Assembly (NCBI GenBank): GCA_965208105.1
Contig: OZ242318.1
Location: 2,400,001 to 2,464,000 of the forward strand
Length of the DNA stretch: 64,000 bases
Direction: 5' to 3'
Source of the DNA: Candidatus Latescibacterota bacterium
GTDB taxonomy: Bacteria > Latescibacterota > UBA2968 > UBA8231
The translations under genes were made by a program, and so were the position numbers. This document shows, piece after piece, positions 18,820 to 28,282 of the stretch (the first letter of the stretch is position 1; every line of letters begins with the position of its first letter). The notes beneath the pieces are model-generated. The model searched no databases, had not been told where the DNA came from, and saw nothing but the letters and a program-made list of their open reading frames with translations.

Positions 18820-20544
18820 TCAATCGCGGGCGTCAACTTTGCCTTTTCCGCGTTGCAAGGTAACAATTTGATTGACTGCAAAGGCACCGAAAATTTCGCG
18901 ATCCCCATCCGGCCAACGAACCACAACCTCCCCAACCCGATCGGCACTTCCCATACCGAAATGTGCCCGTGGGTCGTTGGCCGCCAGGTAGCTGTAGGCC
19001 GACCGAATTTCGCGCCGCTTCTTTTCATTCCCTGCCTCGAAGCTCACCTCGGCTCCGAGGGCATCGCTTCCGTGCTGGTTGAGCACCCTGAAAACAATCC
19101 AGTTGCCCCTTCCGGTGACGATATTGAACAGCAGGTAAGCCGGTGCATCCCGGTTGACTACCAGCACGTCCACCCCGCCGTCGTTGTCAACGTCGCCAAA
19201 GGCAGCCGCCCGGCTCGTGGCCACCAGTGGTCGGGCTGTCCCCCCCATGGGATCCACCTCCTCGAATCGGGGACCCGGCCGCCCCCGAAAGAGCAGGTTG
19301 GGCTCGGCAAATGGATCGCCGGAGTATCGCTGGATATTGTTCTGCTCGACGCGGCCGTTGACTTCAAAGATATCAGGCAGACCATCGTTGTCGAAATCGA
19401 GGATGCCCACGCCAAAACGGGTAAAGGGATAGCCTCCCCAGGCCAATCCGACCGCGGCAGTGGCATCGGTGAAGTAATCGCCCTGGTTGCGAAAGAATGA
19501 ATCCGTTTCGTGGCGAAGATTGACGACCAGCAGATCGAGGAATCCATTGCCGTCGAGGTCGTCGGCACTGACCCCCATGCCCGCCTTGACCTGTCCGCTA
19601 TGGTCCAGGGCACAGCCCCGCAGCAGCGCCTCCTCGGAGAATGTGCCCCCCCCCTGATTCAGCCACAGATGGTTCATGCTTCCGTCGTTGGCCACGAAGA
19701 TATCGGTGCGGCCGTCGCCGTCGAAGTCGCCGCATACAACCCCCAGGCCGTTTCCACGCGCCCCCCGGATACCGGAATCGCCCGACACATCCACGAAGCT
19801 GCCGTCACCCTCGTTGCGATAGAGAACGTCCGGCGTCGGTGCGTCGTATATGCCGGGCAGGCAATAATCCGGCTTGCCCAGGGCGCTGGCGCACTCCCGC
19901 TCTGCGGAGATGGACCAGCCGACATAGTTGCTCGCGAACAGATCGAGGTCGCCGTCGGCGTCAAAGTCCAGGAATGCCGCACTGGCCCCGCACCCTTCAT
20001 CTCCTACCCCCGCGGAGGCAGTTACGTCGGAAAATCGCCCCTCTCCGACATTCTGCAGCAGGACGTTCGCACCGACATTGGTCAGGTAGAGATCGGTGTC
20101 GCCATCGTTGTCATAGTCTCCCGCGGCCACCCCCATCCCATAGCCTCGATCGCCGGCGCCGCTGGCGGCCGTGACATCCTCGAAGTACCCTCCGCCCAGG
20201 TTGCGGAAGAGCTGGTTGGGAGGCCCGGGCAATCCATCCCCTGTCAAGCTTCCCCCCTGCACCAGGTAGGCGTCGAGATCGCCGTCGGCGTCCATGTCGA
20301 AGAGTGCTCCTCCTCCAGCTACAATTTCGGGAAGCAAATGGCGCTCCTTGTGTCCGGACTCGAAAACGAAATCTATCCCCCGTTCCTTCGCGGTCTCTGC
20401 AAACCAGGGAAGGGTTCCCGGATTCTCCACGTCCTTTTCAGGCAGGCGCGGCACACCTTCCTCCGGGGCGTTGCAGCACAGGGACAAAAGGCAGATCATG
20501 CCCGCGGCCGGCAGCACTCGGCTGCGCCCGACCCCACGGTCCAC
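18820..20544 (-). CDS. CRTAC1-family protein (FG-GAP + ASPIC/UnbV), copy 2
   Basis: Same motifs as 9457-11289; segments such as GGGALFDMDADGDLDAYL and QGDYFTDATA are near-identical to copy 1. Confidence 0.88.
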   Translation of the reverse strand: MDRGVGRSRVLPAAGMICLLSLCCNAPEEGVPRLPEKDVENPGTLPWFAETAKERGIDFVFESGHKERHLLPEIVAGGGALFDMDADGDLDAYLVQGGSLTGDGLPGPPNQLFRNLGGGYFEDVTAASGAGDRGYGMGVAAGDYDNDGDTDLYLTNVGANVLLQNVGEGRFSDVTASAGVGDEGCGASAAFLDFDADGDLDLFASNYVGWSISAERECASALGKPDYCLPGIYDAPTPDVLYRNEGDGSFVDVSGDSGIRGARGNGLGVVCGDFDGDGRTDIFVANDGSMNHLWLNQGGGTFSEEALLRGCALDHSGQVKAGMGVSADDLDGNGFLDLLVVNLRHETDSFFRNQGDYFTDATAAVGLAWGGYPFTRFGVGILDFDNDGLPDIFEVNGRVEQNNIQRYSGDPFAEPNLLFRGRPGPRFEEVDPMGGTARPLVATSRAAAFGDVDNDGGVDVLVVNRDAPAYLLFNIVTGRGNWIVFRVLNQHGSDALGAEVSFEAGNEKKRREIRSAYSYLAANDPRAHFGMGSADRVGEVVVRWPDGDREIFGAFAVNQIVTLQRGKGKVDARD

Positions 20545-20547
20545 TGG

Positions 20548-21963
20548 TCACCCCTTCGAGCTTTTCAAGCGCCGGACTTCCTCCAGGAGAACCTCGATTT
20601 TCCGCGAACCGGGATTCAGCTCAGCCGCGCGTTCGAGCGCAATCTCGGCCTCGTCGAACACCCCCAGTTCCTTCTTCGCCCGGCCGATTTCCACAAACGC
20701 CTGGGTAAAGGTCGAATCGAGCTCGACGGCGCGCTGCAGATGGCCAATGCCCGCTCCCCATTCCCCGAGCCTGCACCGGACCTGGCCCAGCTGCAAAAGG
20801 AGGAATGTATCATCCGGATTGAATCGCAGCCCCTGGGTGAAAACCGAGGCTGCGGCCCGGTCCTGGTGCATATCCGCCAGGACCATGCCCTTCGCCCGGT
20901 AAGCCGTGATCAGGGTCGGATCAAGGGCAAGAGCCCGGTCCAGGTGGTCCAGTGCCCGGGACGGATTTTGCATCTCGATGTGCAGGCCCGCCACATTGCC
21001 GTGGAGCTTGGCGTTGTCCGGGAACCTGGTCAATCCGGTCTCCAGAATCTCCAGTGCCCTGGCGTAATCTTTCTTCTTCCTGTAGACCTCGCTGATCCTG
21101 TTGAGGACGGCCAGGCTTTGGGGATGGCGCCGGTGCAGATCTCTCAGCAAATGCATGGCAGCGTCCAACCTTCCCGCCGCGGCGAGCTGGCCGGCCATGG
21201 CGAATTCCGCCTTCAACCCCCTTGTGTATGGCGCCAGCTCCGCGTCCCACCTGTCGCGCCACAGGGGCTTGACACCGGCCCCGCGCTCCAGCTCGGCGCC
21301 TGCTTCTTCCCATCGCCCCATCCTCCTGTAGGCGGTGCCCAGAAGCAGACGGGCATATCCATCATCTGGACTTTTCCTTAGAAATTTCTCGAGAACCATG
21401 GCTGCTTTCCGGGGCTGATTCCCCTGCAAATAGACGCGCCCGAGGGCCCACCAGCCTGCGGGATCCTCGGGGTTCAGCTCGATGGCGCGTTTGCACGAAG
21501 CCCGCGCCCGCTCCAGGTGTCCCTGGGCGAGATACCACAGACCCAGGCGCCAGTGAACCGGGGAGTAACCCGGCTCCAGTTCGGCCGCTCTCTGCGCCGC
21601 GGCTATCGCTCCCGCCTGGTCCCCCAACCGCGTCCTTACCCGTGCGACCCGGTACCATCCTTTTGGATGGGAAGCGTCGATGGCAAGGGATCTCTGGTAG
21701 CTGTCGAGAGCCAGGGAATCCAGAGCGTTTGCTTCATAGACCATACCCAGGCGCATCCACAGCCTCGGATTGCCTCCATCTGCGGAGACCTGCCCCAGGG
21801 TGCTCTCAACGAGTGCGACCACTCCCGGGTCGTGGCCCTTCAGGATGTCTGGAGCCGAAAGGGGACGGCTTGCCGATTGGGAACGGGAGAGCACCACGGC
21901 CATGGCTGCCACCGCCGCCGCGGCCGTCAAAAGCAATGCGCAATGTGCTTTCCCGAGTCGCAT
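20548..21963 (-). CDS. Tetratricopeptide repeat protein, copy 2
   Basis: Starts MRLGK like copy 1 and shares HPKGWYR, PEDPAGWW and STFTQAFV-type segments. Confidence 0.88.
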   Translation of the reverse strand: MRLGKAHCALLLTAAAAVAAMAVVLSRSQSASRPLSAPDILKGHDPGVVALVESTLGQVSADGGNPRLWMRLGMVYEANALDSLALDSYQRSLAIDASHPKGWYRVARVRTRLGDQAGAIAAAQRAAELEPGYSPVHWRLGLWYLAQGHLERARASCKRAIELNPEDPAGWWALGRVYLQGNQPRKAAMVLEKFLRKSPDDGYARLLLGTAYRRMGRWEEAGAELERGAGVKPLWRDRWDAELAPYTRGLKAEFAMAGQLAAAGRLDAAMHLLRDLHRRHPQSLAVLNRISEVYRKKKDYARALEILETGLTRFPDNAKLHGNVAGLHIEMQNPSRALDHLDRALALDPTLITAYRAKGMVLADMHQDRAAASVFTQGLRFNPDDTFLLLQLGQVRCRLGEWGAGIGHLQRAVELDSTFTQAFVEIGRAKKELGVFDEAEIALERAAELNPGSRKIEVLLEEVRRLKSSKG

Positions 21964-22028
21964 ATCGCCGGCGGCTCCTGATCGCCCGGTGCACCGCCCC
22001 CTGCTCGTGGTGGGGAGCCAGAAACGCC

Positions 22029-22058
22029 GCAGGGGCAGATTTTGCAATCCACCCCCGC
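22029..22058. repeat. REP-like hairpin, copy 1
   Basis: gcaggggcagattttgcaatccacccccgc, nearly identical to the core of 22260-22297. Confidence 0.55.
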
Positions 22059-22259
22059 AGCACAAAACCCCGAATCCATCCAGCCCGCAGGCTCGGGACA
22101 GGACCATATCCGGCAGTACGGCATCTTTACGGGAGGGATTCTGGGATTCCCCCCGGAAACTACTGCGCTACCACTGCCGGACTGCTCGCCTTTCCACCCA
22201 GGTCACTGAAATGTTCCGCCGGACCTCAGGTGAGCCTCGCCATGGTTGAGCACCGTACG

Positions 22260-22297
22260 TTGTACAGGGGCAGATTTCCCAATCCACCCCTGTACAA
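22260..22297. repeat. REP-like / terminator-like hairpin, copy 2
   Basis: Perfect 11-bp stem ttgtacagggg...cccctgtacaa about 30 bp past the stop of the FlgD-domain gene; no clear U-tract. Confidence 0.6.
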
Positions 22298-22326
22298 ATC
22301 GAGACACTGACTAAGGCCCGCCGGCC

Positions 22327-24318
22327 TTATTTCAGCAATGTCATCGAATGGGTGGCGGAGAAATCACCGGCCACCATCCGATAGAAATAGACCCCGCTGG
22401 AGACCTGCTCGCCATACCGGTCGAGGGCGTCCCAGGTGGCCTTGTAGGACCCCGCGCCCAACTCCCGGTCAACCAGGCTGTTGACCACCTGGCCGGCGGC
22501 GTTGTAGACATCGATTCTGACGTGCCCGTAAGCCGGCACGGCAAAGTCGATGGCGGTCTCGGGGTTGAAGGGGTTGGGATAGGCCGCGCCCAGGGCGTAG
22601 CTGTCCGGGGTGCCGGCGCTTCCCACTGCTTCGACGGCCGTCACCGCGCCCAACCGGGCGGTCTGCAGATCGAAGGGGACGTGGACCAGCATACCCAGCC
22701 TGTATCCATTGGCGCCTTCCTCGATTTCCGCCCCAAGGTCATTGGTCAGGATCTTCCATCCGGCGGCATCCCAGTACATTCCGTCCCACGGTCCCGGGCT
22801 GCCGGCATTGGGACCGCGATAAGGCTCGCCGCTAACCCTGGAGATGTCGTTCTGGATTATGGCGCAGCCCGTGTTCAAGGCAGGCCGCATGGGTGCGAAG
22901 TTCTTGGAGTCCGCCCACATCCTGAACAACCCGGTACCATCGCGGCCCAGTACTTCGTAGGCGGAACCGAGGTGATTGTGCCGCGGGCTGTAGACGGCTA
23001 TGTGGCCGGAGAGGTCTGGCTGCAGGCGGATGACGATACCGTTCTGGGCGCCGTTGGTGCCGACGTCTCCACCGATACCTCGGGCGGAGGCGACCTCGGC
23101 GGAGATCTGATCGGCATAGACATCGCCGGGACCATTGACCCAGATCAGGTTTCCGTCCCAATCCAGCTTGATCACGTTGGTGGACCTCCAGCCGGCGACC
23201 CAGAGGCCGCTTTCATCGGCGACGACGCCGGACGGACCGCCGCCACTGATGGTCTCGTTGTTGTTGTCATCCAGGCGAATTCTGAAGAAGAACTCCCTGA
23301 TATGGTCCCAGGACTTGAGGTGCTCGCCGGTGTCCCTGTCCCAGAAATTGAGCTTGCCCGCAGGTGGATCGGAACCGCTCCAACTCGGCGAGATGAGCAT
23401 GTTGTTCCAGATGGCGACCTGCATGGCATTCTCTTCATCCGGAGGTCCGGGGGTACCTGCAAGGCCATTCTCGCCGAAATCCGTAACCGGCTCGAAGGCC
23501 CTGGCGGCGCGGTTGGCCCTCATCTTGATAACGCCGGAGTTTTCGTTCCAGCTGGATTGGCTTATGAAGAAAATGTCGTCCGAGCTTGGATCCGGATAGA
23601 GGCCCCCGCGGGATTGCGGCTCCAAATCGTTGAGCTCGTTGTAGACGTTTTCGGCGCTCCAGACCTCCCAGGCGGTGGGATTCGCAATGAAGTCCGTGCC
23701 CAACTGGGCGCGGAAGATTGAATTTCGGGGCGACCACCCGGTATTGGCGTTGAATCGCTCCTCCTGTATCCCCCAGACCTCGTTGGTGCGCAGGTCGAGG
23801 ATGGTGTCGTCGAAATCCCCGTAGTTGGTCGGAGCCACGAGGGTCGCCTCGTCGAGGATATTGAACCCGATGACGTCGAATTCATAGCTCCCCGATCCGA
23901 CCGCGTTGCCCTCCCAGTCATTGCCGTCCCACCTGATCGAGTTGTTGCCGGCCTCGAGGGTGGCACCAGCCGGATTCGGTGCAATGGCGATGAACTTGTC
24001 TTGGGGCTGCAGCCGCTGCACGGCGCCGAAGAGACTGGTCGCTCCTGTCTCGTTATTGCCGATCTCGTAGATGGCGACCCACACCATGGCGCGCTGGTTC
24101 ATGCTGAAGCTGATGTCCACCGCACCGTTTCCGTCCCAGGCCACATCCGAGGTGGAAATCCGCAGGGGATTCACCGGAGGAACCCTGCTGAGGCGGAGAG
24201 CCTCGGCTTCGAAGGTCTCCGGCACCGGTGCCGAAGCCGGATAGGTTTCGGCACCCGCGAACCCACTGGCCAGGATGGCCACCGCAAGCCCGGATAGGGT
24301 AATTTGCATTCTTCGCAT
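22327..24318 (-). CDS. Exported protein with N- and C-terminal FlgD Ig-like (T9SS-sorting-like) domains
   Basis: Signal peptide. C-terminal YPNPFNPET...WDALD..G..VSSGVYFYRM...MTLLK and a similar N-terminal GNNSIRWDGND.EG..VGSGSY segment. Confidence 0.85.
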   Translation of the reverse strand: MRRMQITLSGLAVAILASGFAGAETYPASAPVPETFEAEALRLSRVPPVNPLRISTSDVAWDGNGAVDISFSMNQRAMVWVAIYEIGNNETGATSLFGAVQRLQPQDKFIAIAPNPAGATLEAGNNSIRWDGNDWEGNAVGSGSYEFDVIGFNILDEATLVAPTNYGDFDDTILDLRTNEVWGIQEERFNANTGWSPRNSIFRAQLGTDFIANPTAWEVWSAENVYNELNDLEPQSRGGLYPDPSSDDIFFISQSSWNENSGVIKMRANRAARAFEPVTDFGENGLAGTPGPPDEENAMQVAIWNNMLISPSWSGSDPPAGKLNFWDRDTGEHLKSWDHIREFFFRIRLDDNNNETISGGGPSGVVADESGLWVAGWRSTNVIKLDWDGNLIWVNGPGDVYADQISAEVASARGIGGDVGTNGAQNGIVIRLQPDLSGHIAVYSPRHNHLGSAYEVLGRDGTGLFRMWADSKNFAPMRPALNTGCAIIQNDISRVSGEPYRGPNAGSPGPWDGMYWDAAGWKILTNDLGAEIEEGANGYRLGMLVHVPFDLQTARLGAVTAVEAVGSAGTPDSYALGAAYPNPFNPETAIDFAVPAYGHVRIDVYNAAGQVVNSLVDRELGAGSYKATWDALDRYGEQVSSGVYFYRMVAGDFSATHSMTLLK

Positions 24319-24949
24319 CTCTTTTTTCTCCAAGTGACTGTAAAACAACCCGCCGCTGTCTGTCAGTCCATGTTTAAAAAAAATCGAAAAGCAGCAAGGT
24401 TAATTTTGTGAATGTTAACGAGGAAACAAGGGTGCTATCAGCATTAAACCCCCTTGCCTACGAATTTCTGTGATCTACAATGGCCCCATCCGAAATTTAC
24501 CTCCTTTCTGCGAGATCCGTCTGGGGTCGAACGCTAATGGTGGCAGGATTGCCAAGTGAGTGGTGTAACGGCAAAAAGTTAGGAAGCTGAAGACCTCTCA
24601 TTCAGGCCATTCGGGCTACAACCCTGCTCTCAAGGTTTATACATTGGCGTAACTTTTTGATATCCCTTGAGATAGGAAATTAGGTAAACTAGCTTGTTCT
24701 GGTTCTTTTTCTATATATATCTAACTATATATTAAATTGACCACATGAATGTCAAGTAAATTTTCTTTGGTTTTGGTTTTCCTGATTTAAAGCAGTAAGA
24801 TATGGACTGGTCCGATCCGGCTTGGATTCAATCCCCTGTCAAGCGTAGACCAGCCAGGTTACGGAACTGTTACCACCGGGTTGCATTGAGTTGTAGTTTG
24901 TCCTTCGGCTCCGCCGAAGACCAAAATCCGGCTTTTTTGGAGGGAAAAA
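24319..24949. promoter_or_regulatory. AT-rich divergent promoter/leader region
   Basis: Much lower GC than the flanks; TTGAC-N9-GTCAA palindrome at 24737-24755; perfect SD plus mini-ORF on the minus strand. Confidence 0.55.
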
Positions 24950-26770
24950 ATGAGTGTCCAATCGACCGAACAAACCTCTCTGGCCTGCCTCCCTGACGGA
25001 ACGCTGTTCGGAATCTGGAAGGACAGGACGGACTACGGAAAGGCCTACTACGTCGATCAGCAGCATCCCGAGGCGGCGGACGAAAACCCCGGCAGCGAAG
25101 ACGCGCCGTTCCTGACGATTCAGCGCGCGGCAGAGGTGGTCGCTCCCGGCGAAAAAGTCCTGATCAAGACGGGAATCTACCGCGAATGGATAAGACCCCG
25201 GCGCGGGGGAACCGGAATGGACGGGATGATCAGCTTCGAGGCCGCCCCTGGCGCACGGGCCATCATCAGTGGATCCCGAGTCCTCGAAGGCCGCTGGGAG
25301 CTATCCCGATGGCCCGCGCGAATTTCAGTGGATTCCTGGATGACCCGCCTGCCCGGGGAGTTCTTCGCCGGCGATCACCCGTTCGCCCTGGTAAATACGA
25401 CCGAGGAGGATTTCGAGATCATGCGCTGGGCCAGGGCCGTGCGCGGGAAGGTGCCGCATACGCTGCGGCGCGCCATGGTCTTTCAGAATGGCCGCCGCCT
25501 TACCCAGCTTTCATGCTATGGGGACATGCACCGAGTTCCCGGCTCATTCTGGGTGGATGCCGGGGAACAGCGATTGCACGTCAACCCCTTCGGGCGCAGC
25601 CATCCCGACACTCAGCAGTTCGAGGTCACCGAGAGGCAGTACCTGTTCAAGCCCATGCTCAATGGGATGGGATTCCTCCGGATCAAGGGACTCACCTTCG
25701 AGCACGCGGGAAACGGGTTCGTGCGTTCCGGGAACGGCGCGGTCAATACCTGGGGCGGCCATCACTGGATCATCGAAGCCAACACCGTGCGCCAGATCAA
25801 CGCGGTGGGCGTGGAGATCGGAGCTTGGACGGACGAGCACGTCGACCGGGGACCGGTGGAGGAGCTTGAGGAGAGAACGGGAGACCACATCGTGCGCGGC
25901 AACCACGTCCACGACTGCGGCACGGGAGGCATCCAGGGCACCGTGGTGGCCCGGAGCCTGGTGGCCGGCAACCACATCCACGACTGCGGCTGGCAGGAGG
26001 CGGAACCCTACTGGGAAACCGCGGGCATCAAAATCCTCTACACCAACTCGGCTCTAGTGCAGGGAAACCACATCCACCACTGCTACGCCGCCCCGGGGAT
26101 CTGGATCGATTTCATGAACAGGAATACGCGGGTATGCCGGAATCTCGTGCACCATATCTCGTCATACCACGGGGGCATCTTCTTTGAAGCCTCGAATGCT
26201 CCCAACCTGATCGACAACAATATCGTCCACCAGGTGAACGGCAGCGGCATCTACCAGCACGACTGCGACCTCCTCCTCATAGCCCACAACCTGGTGTTCG
26301 ACTGCAGTACCGCCGGAATCCGCATGCTGAAGAACAAGGACCGGGACAGAGTAGGTCTGGGCAAAAACAACCGGGTTATAAACAATATCGTCGCCGAGTG
26401 TGCGGTCCCCGTTGATTATTTCGATTCAGAAAACTCCTCGGACCACAATATCTTCGCCGGGTTGGACAAATCGTTCGACCTGGAGGCCTGGAGGGCAAGG
26501 GGCCTGGACCGCAGCAGCCGCGTGGCGAACATCGAAATCTCGGTCGATCCCGCCGACCGAAGCATGGCCTGGTCGGCGCGGACCGACGAGGACCTCAGGG
26601 TGCCGCGTCACGAATTGCTGAGCTCCGATTTCTTCGGCCGCCCGCATCCCGAAGGAAAGGAAGTTTCTCCGGGACCGTTCACCGAAGGTTGGACCCCGAC
26701 CACCCGCCGCCTTCTGGTCCTCCCCGGGGAATGCAGCCGTATCCCATCCGGACCCGGGGCGACCGAATGA
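24950..26770 (+). CDS. Right-handed parallel beta-helix protein (DUF1565 / pectin-lyase-like)
   Basis: N-terminal YYVD...DENPGS..APFLTIQRAA..PG..V.IK.GIYRE motif and repeated GNHIHDCG beta-helix rungs. Confidence 0.85.
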   Translation: MSVQSTEQTSLACLPDGTLFGIWKDRTDYGKAYYVDQQHPEAADENPGSEDAPFLTIQRAAEVVAPGEKVLIKTGIYREWIRPRRGGTGMDGMISFEAAPGARAIISGSRVLEGRWELSRWPARISVDSWMTRLPGEFFAGDHPFALVNTTEEDFEIMRWARAVRGKVPHTLRRAMVFQNGRRLTQLSCYGDMHRVPGSFWVDAGEQRLHVNPFGRSHPDTQQFEVTERQYLFKPMLNGMGFLRIKGLTFEHAGNGFVRSGNGAVNTWGGHHWIIEANTVRQINAVGVEIGAWTDEHVDRGPVEELEERTGDHIVRGNHVHDCGTGGIQGTVVARSLVAGNHIHDCGWQEAEPYWETAGIKILYTNSALVQGNHIHHCYAAPGIWIDFMNRNTRVCRNLVHHISSYHGGIFFEASNAPNLIDNNIVHQVNGSGIYQHDCDLLLIAHNLVFDCSTAGIRMLKNKDRDRVGLGKNNRVINNIVAECAVPVDYFDSENSSDHNIFAGLDKSFDLEAWRARGLDRSSRVANIEISVDPADRSMAWSARTDEDLRVPRHELLSSDFFGRPHPEGKEVSPGPFTEGWTPTTRRLLVLPGECSRIPSGPGATE

Positions 26771-26842
26771 AGTCCTTCCCTCAGGTGCCTGCGCCCGGGC
26801 GCGCCCGGTCTCCCCGCCTCCTCCCGCTCTCCGCGGTGAGGC

Positions 26843-27979
26843 TCAATGCGGATCGACGCGAAACTTCTCCACCACGTCCTGGTTCAGCTCGAATCTCAGT
26901 CCGGGACGCCGAGGCACGGCATACTGGCCATTCTCGTCCGGCCCGGGGTTGGGCTCCAGCAAATCGGAGATGACGGGCGAGTCCGGAAAGGCCATCGGGG
27001 TCTCGATGTAGGGCATATTGGGCAGCACCGCGGCGAGGTGGATCTCGGCGGCCACACCTACCACGTGGCACCACGCATGCGGAACACAGAGAAGGCCGCG
27101 CCGAAAGGCCGCCTCGGCGATGCGCGTGATCTCGCGCACGCCACCGGAGCGCACGGAACTGGGCTGGACCACGTCCACCCTGCCTCGGCTCATCAGGTCC
27201 TCGAACTCGAAGCGGGTGGAGAAGCCCCAGTCCCCGGCGGCAATGCGGGTATCCACGGCATCGGCCAGGCGCGCGTAGCCCTCCAGGTTGTCAGCTGGCA
27301 GCGGCGCCTCGACGAAGTACGGGCGATACTCCTCGATGGCGCGGATGGTCTCCACCGCCTGGCCCACCTCTCCCCACTGGTTCTGCACGTCTATCAGCAG
27401 CGCCACCTCCGGGCCGATGGTCTCGCGCACGGCGCGGGTCACCTCCACGTCCCGACGCAGCCCGACCCTGCCGAATCCGCCGGGCCATTCCTCCAGTTTC
27501 ACCGCCCTGAAACCTCTATCCACCGCCAGGGCAAAGCGCTCGCGAGTCTCCTCGATGGTATCGCCGGGCGCGTACACCGTGGCATAGGGGGTCACTGTTT
27601 CCTCGATCTCGCCCCGGTCGCGCACGCTGCAGCAGGAATGCCAGATCAGCTCGCAGACCGGACGCCCCAGGGCCTTCCCGGCGATATCCCACAGGGCCGT
27701 TTCCACGGCGCCGATGGCGGCGATCGTCACCCCGCGCCGGCCGAAAAGCCCGGTTGCCGCGTACATCTTCTGCCACAGCCGCTCGACCTGGACGGGGTCC
27801 TCGCCAACGAGCAGGTTCTCCAGGCCTTCGCCGCAGTGCAGAATCGCGTCGATTACAAGGGAGGGGGACTCGGCCTGTCCCAGGCCGGTCAGCCCTTCGT
27901 CAGTATGCACCCGCACGATGGTTTCGTCGGCCTTGCCGGGATCCCGCAGGGCAATGGTTTCCAGGTCGGTTATCTTCAT
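26843..27979 (-). CDS. Mandelate racemase / muconate lactonizing enzyme family protein
   Basis: MKITDLE, VHTDEGLTGLG, AVETALWDIAGKALGRPV and RPGL motifs. Confidence 0.9.
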   Translation of the reverse strand: MKITDLETIALRDPGKADETIVRVHTDEGLTGLGQAESPSLVIDAILHCGEGLENLLVGEDPVQVERLWQKMYAATGLFGRRGVTIAAIGAVETALWDIAGKALGRPVCELIWHSCCSVRDRGEIEETVTPYATVYAPGDTIEETRERFALAVDRGFRAVKLEEWPGGFGRVGLRRDVEVTRAVRETIGPEVALLIDVQNQWGEVGQAVETIRAIEEYRPYFVEAPLPADNLEGYARLADAVDTRIAAGDWGFSTRFEFEDLMSRGRVDVVQPSSVRSGGVREITRIAEAAFRRGLLCVPHAWCHVVGVAAEIHLAAVLPNMPYIETPMAFPDSPVISDLLEPNPGPDENGQYAVPRRPGLRFELNQDVVEKFRVDPH

Positions 27980-28282
27980 CTTCGCCTTCTCCTGCCTTTC
28001 TCTGCCGCACCGGTGAAATGGTAAAATAGCCGCGCTCCCCATTCGGCTCAACGCAGATCCTGTTCGGCATGACGGCAGCGGCCGGCGCGACCACCCGGGA
28101 ACCCGGGTCGGGCAGGCGGAAGGGGGGAGGGACCTGTCCGGGGGCCGGCGGCGGACCCACACTGCCGGGTCCCCTGGGCAAATGGCCCGATTTCTCTTGA
28201 GGGAGCAAACGCGGCAACCTATTATCAGCATTCCACATCTCGGCTTTCCACCTCGGACCCCATTCCCCGGGCAGGAGTGCTC

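Noticed and set aside
24538-24553. Second sigma-54-like motif TGGTGGCAGGATTGCC
   Set aside because: Poor -24 match and about 400 bp from the next plus-strand gene.
24540-24660. Glycine or c-di-GMP riboswitch
   Set aside because: Only fragmentary resemblance (ctgaag, ctctca); the conserved cores are absent.
24800-24850. tRNA-like ggattcaatccc segment
   Set aside because: No cloverleaf, acceptor stem or D-arm can be built.
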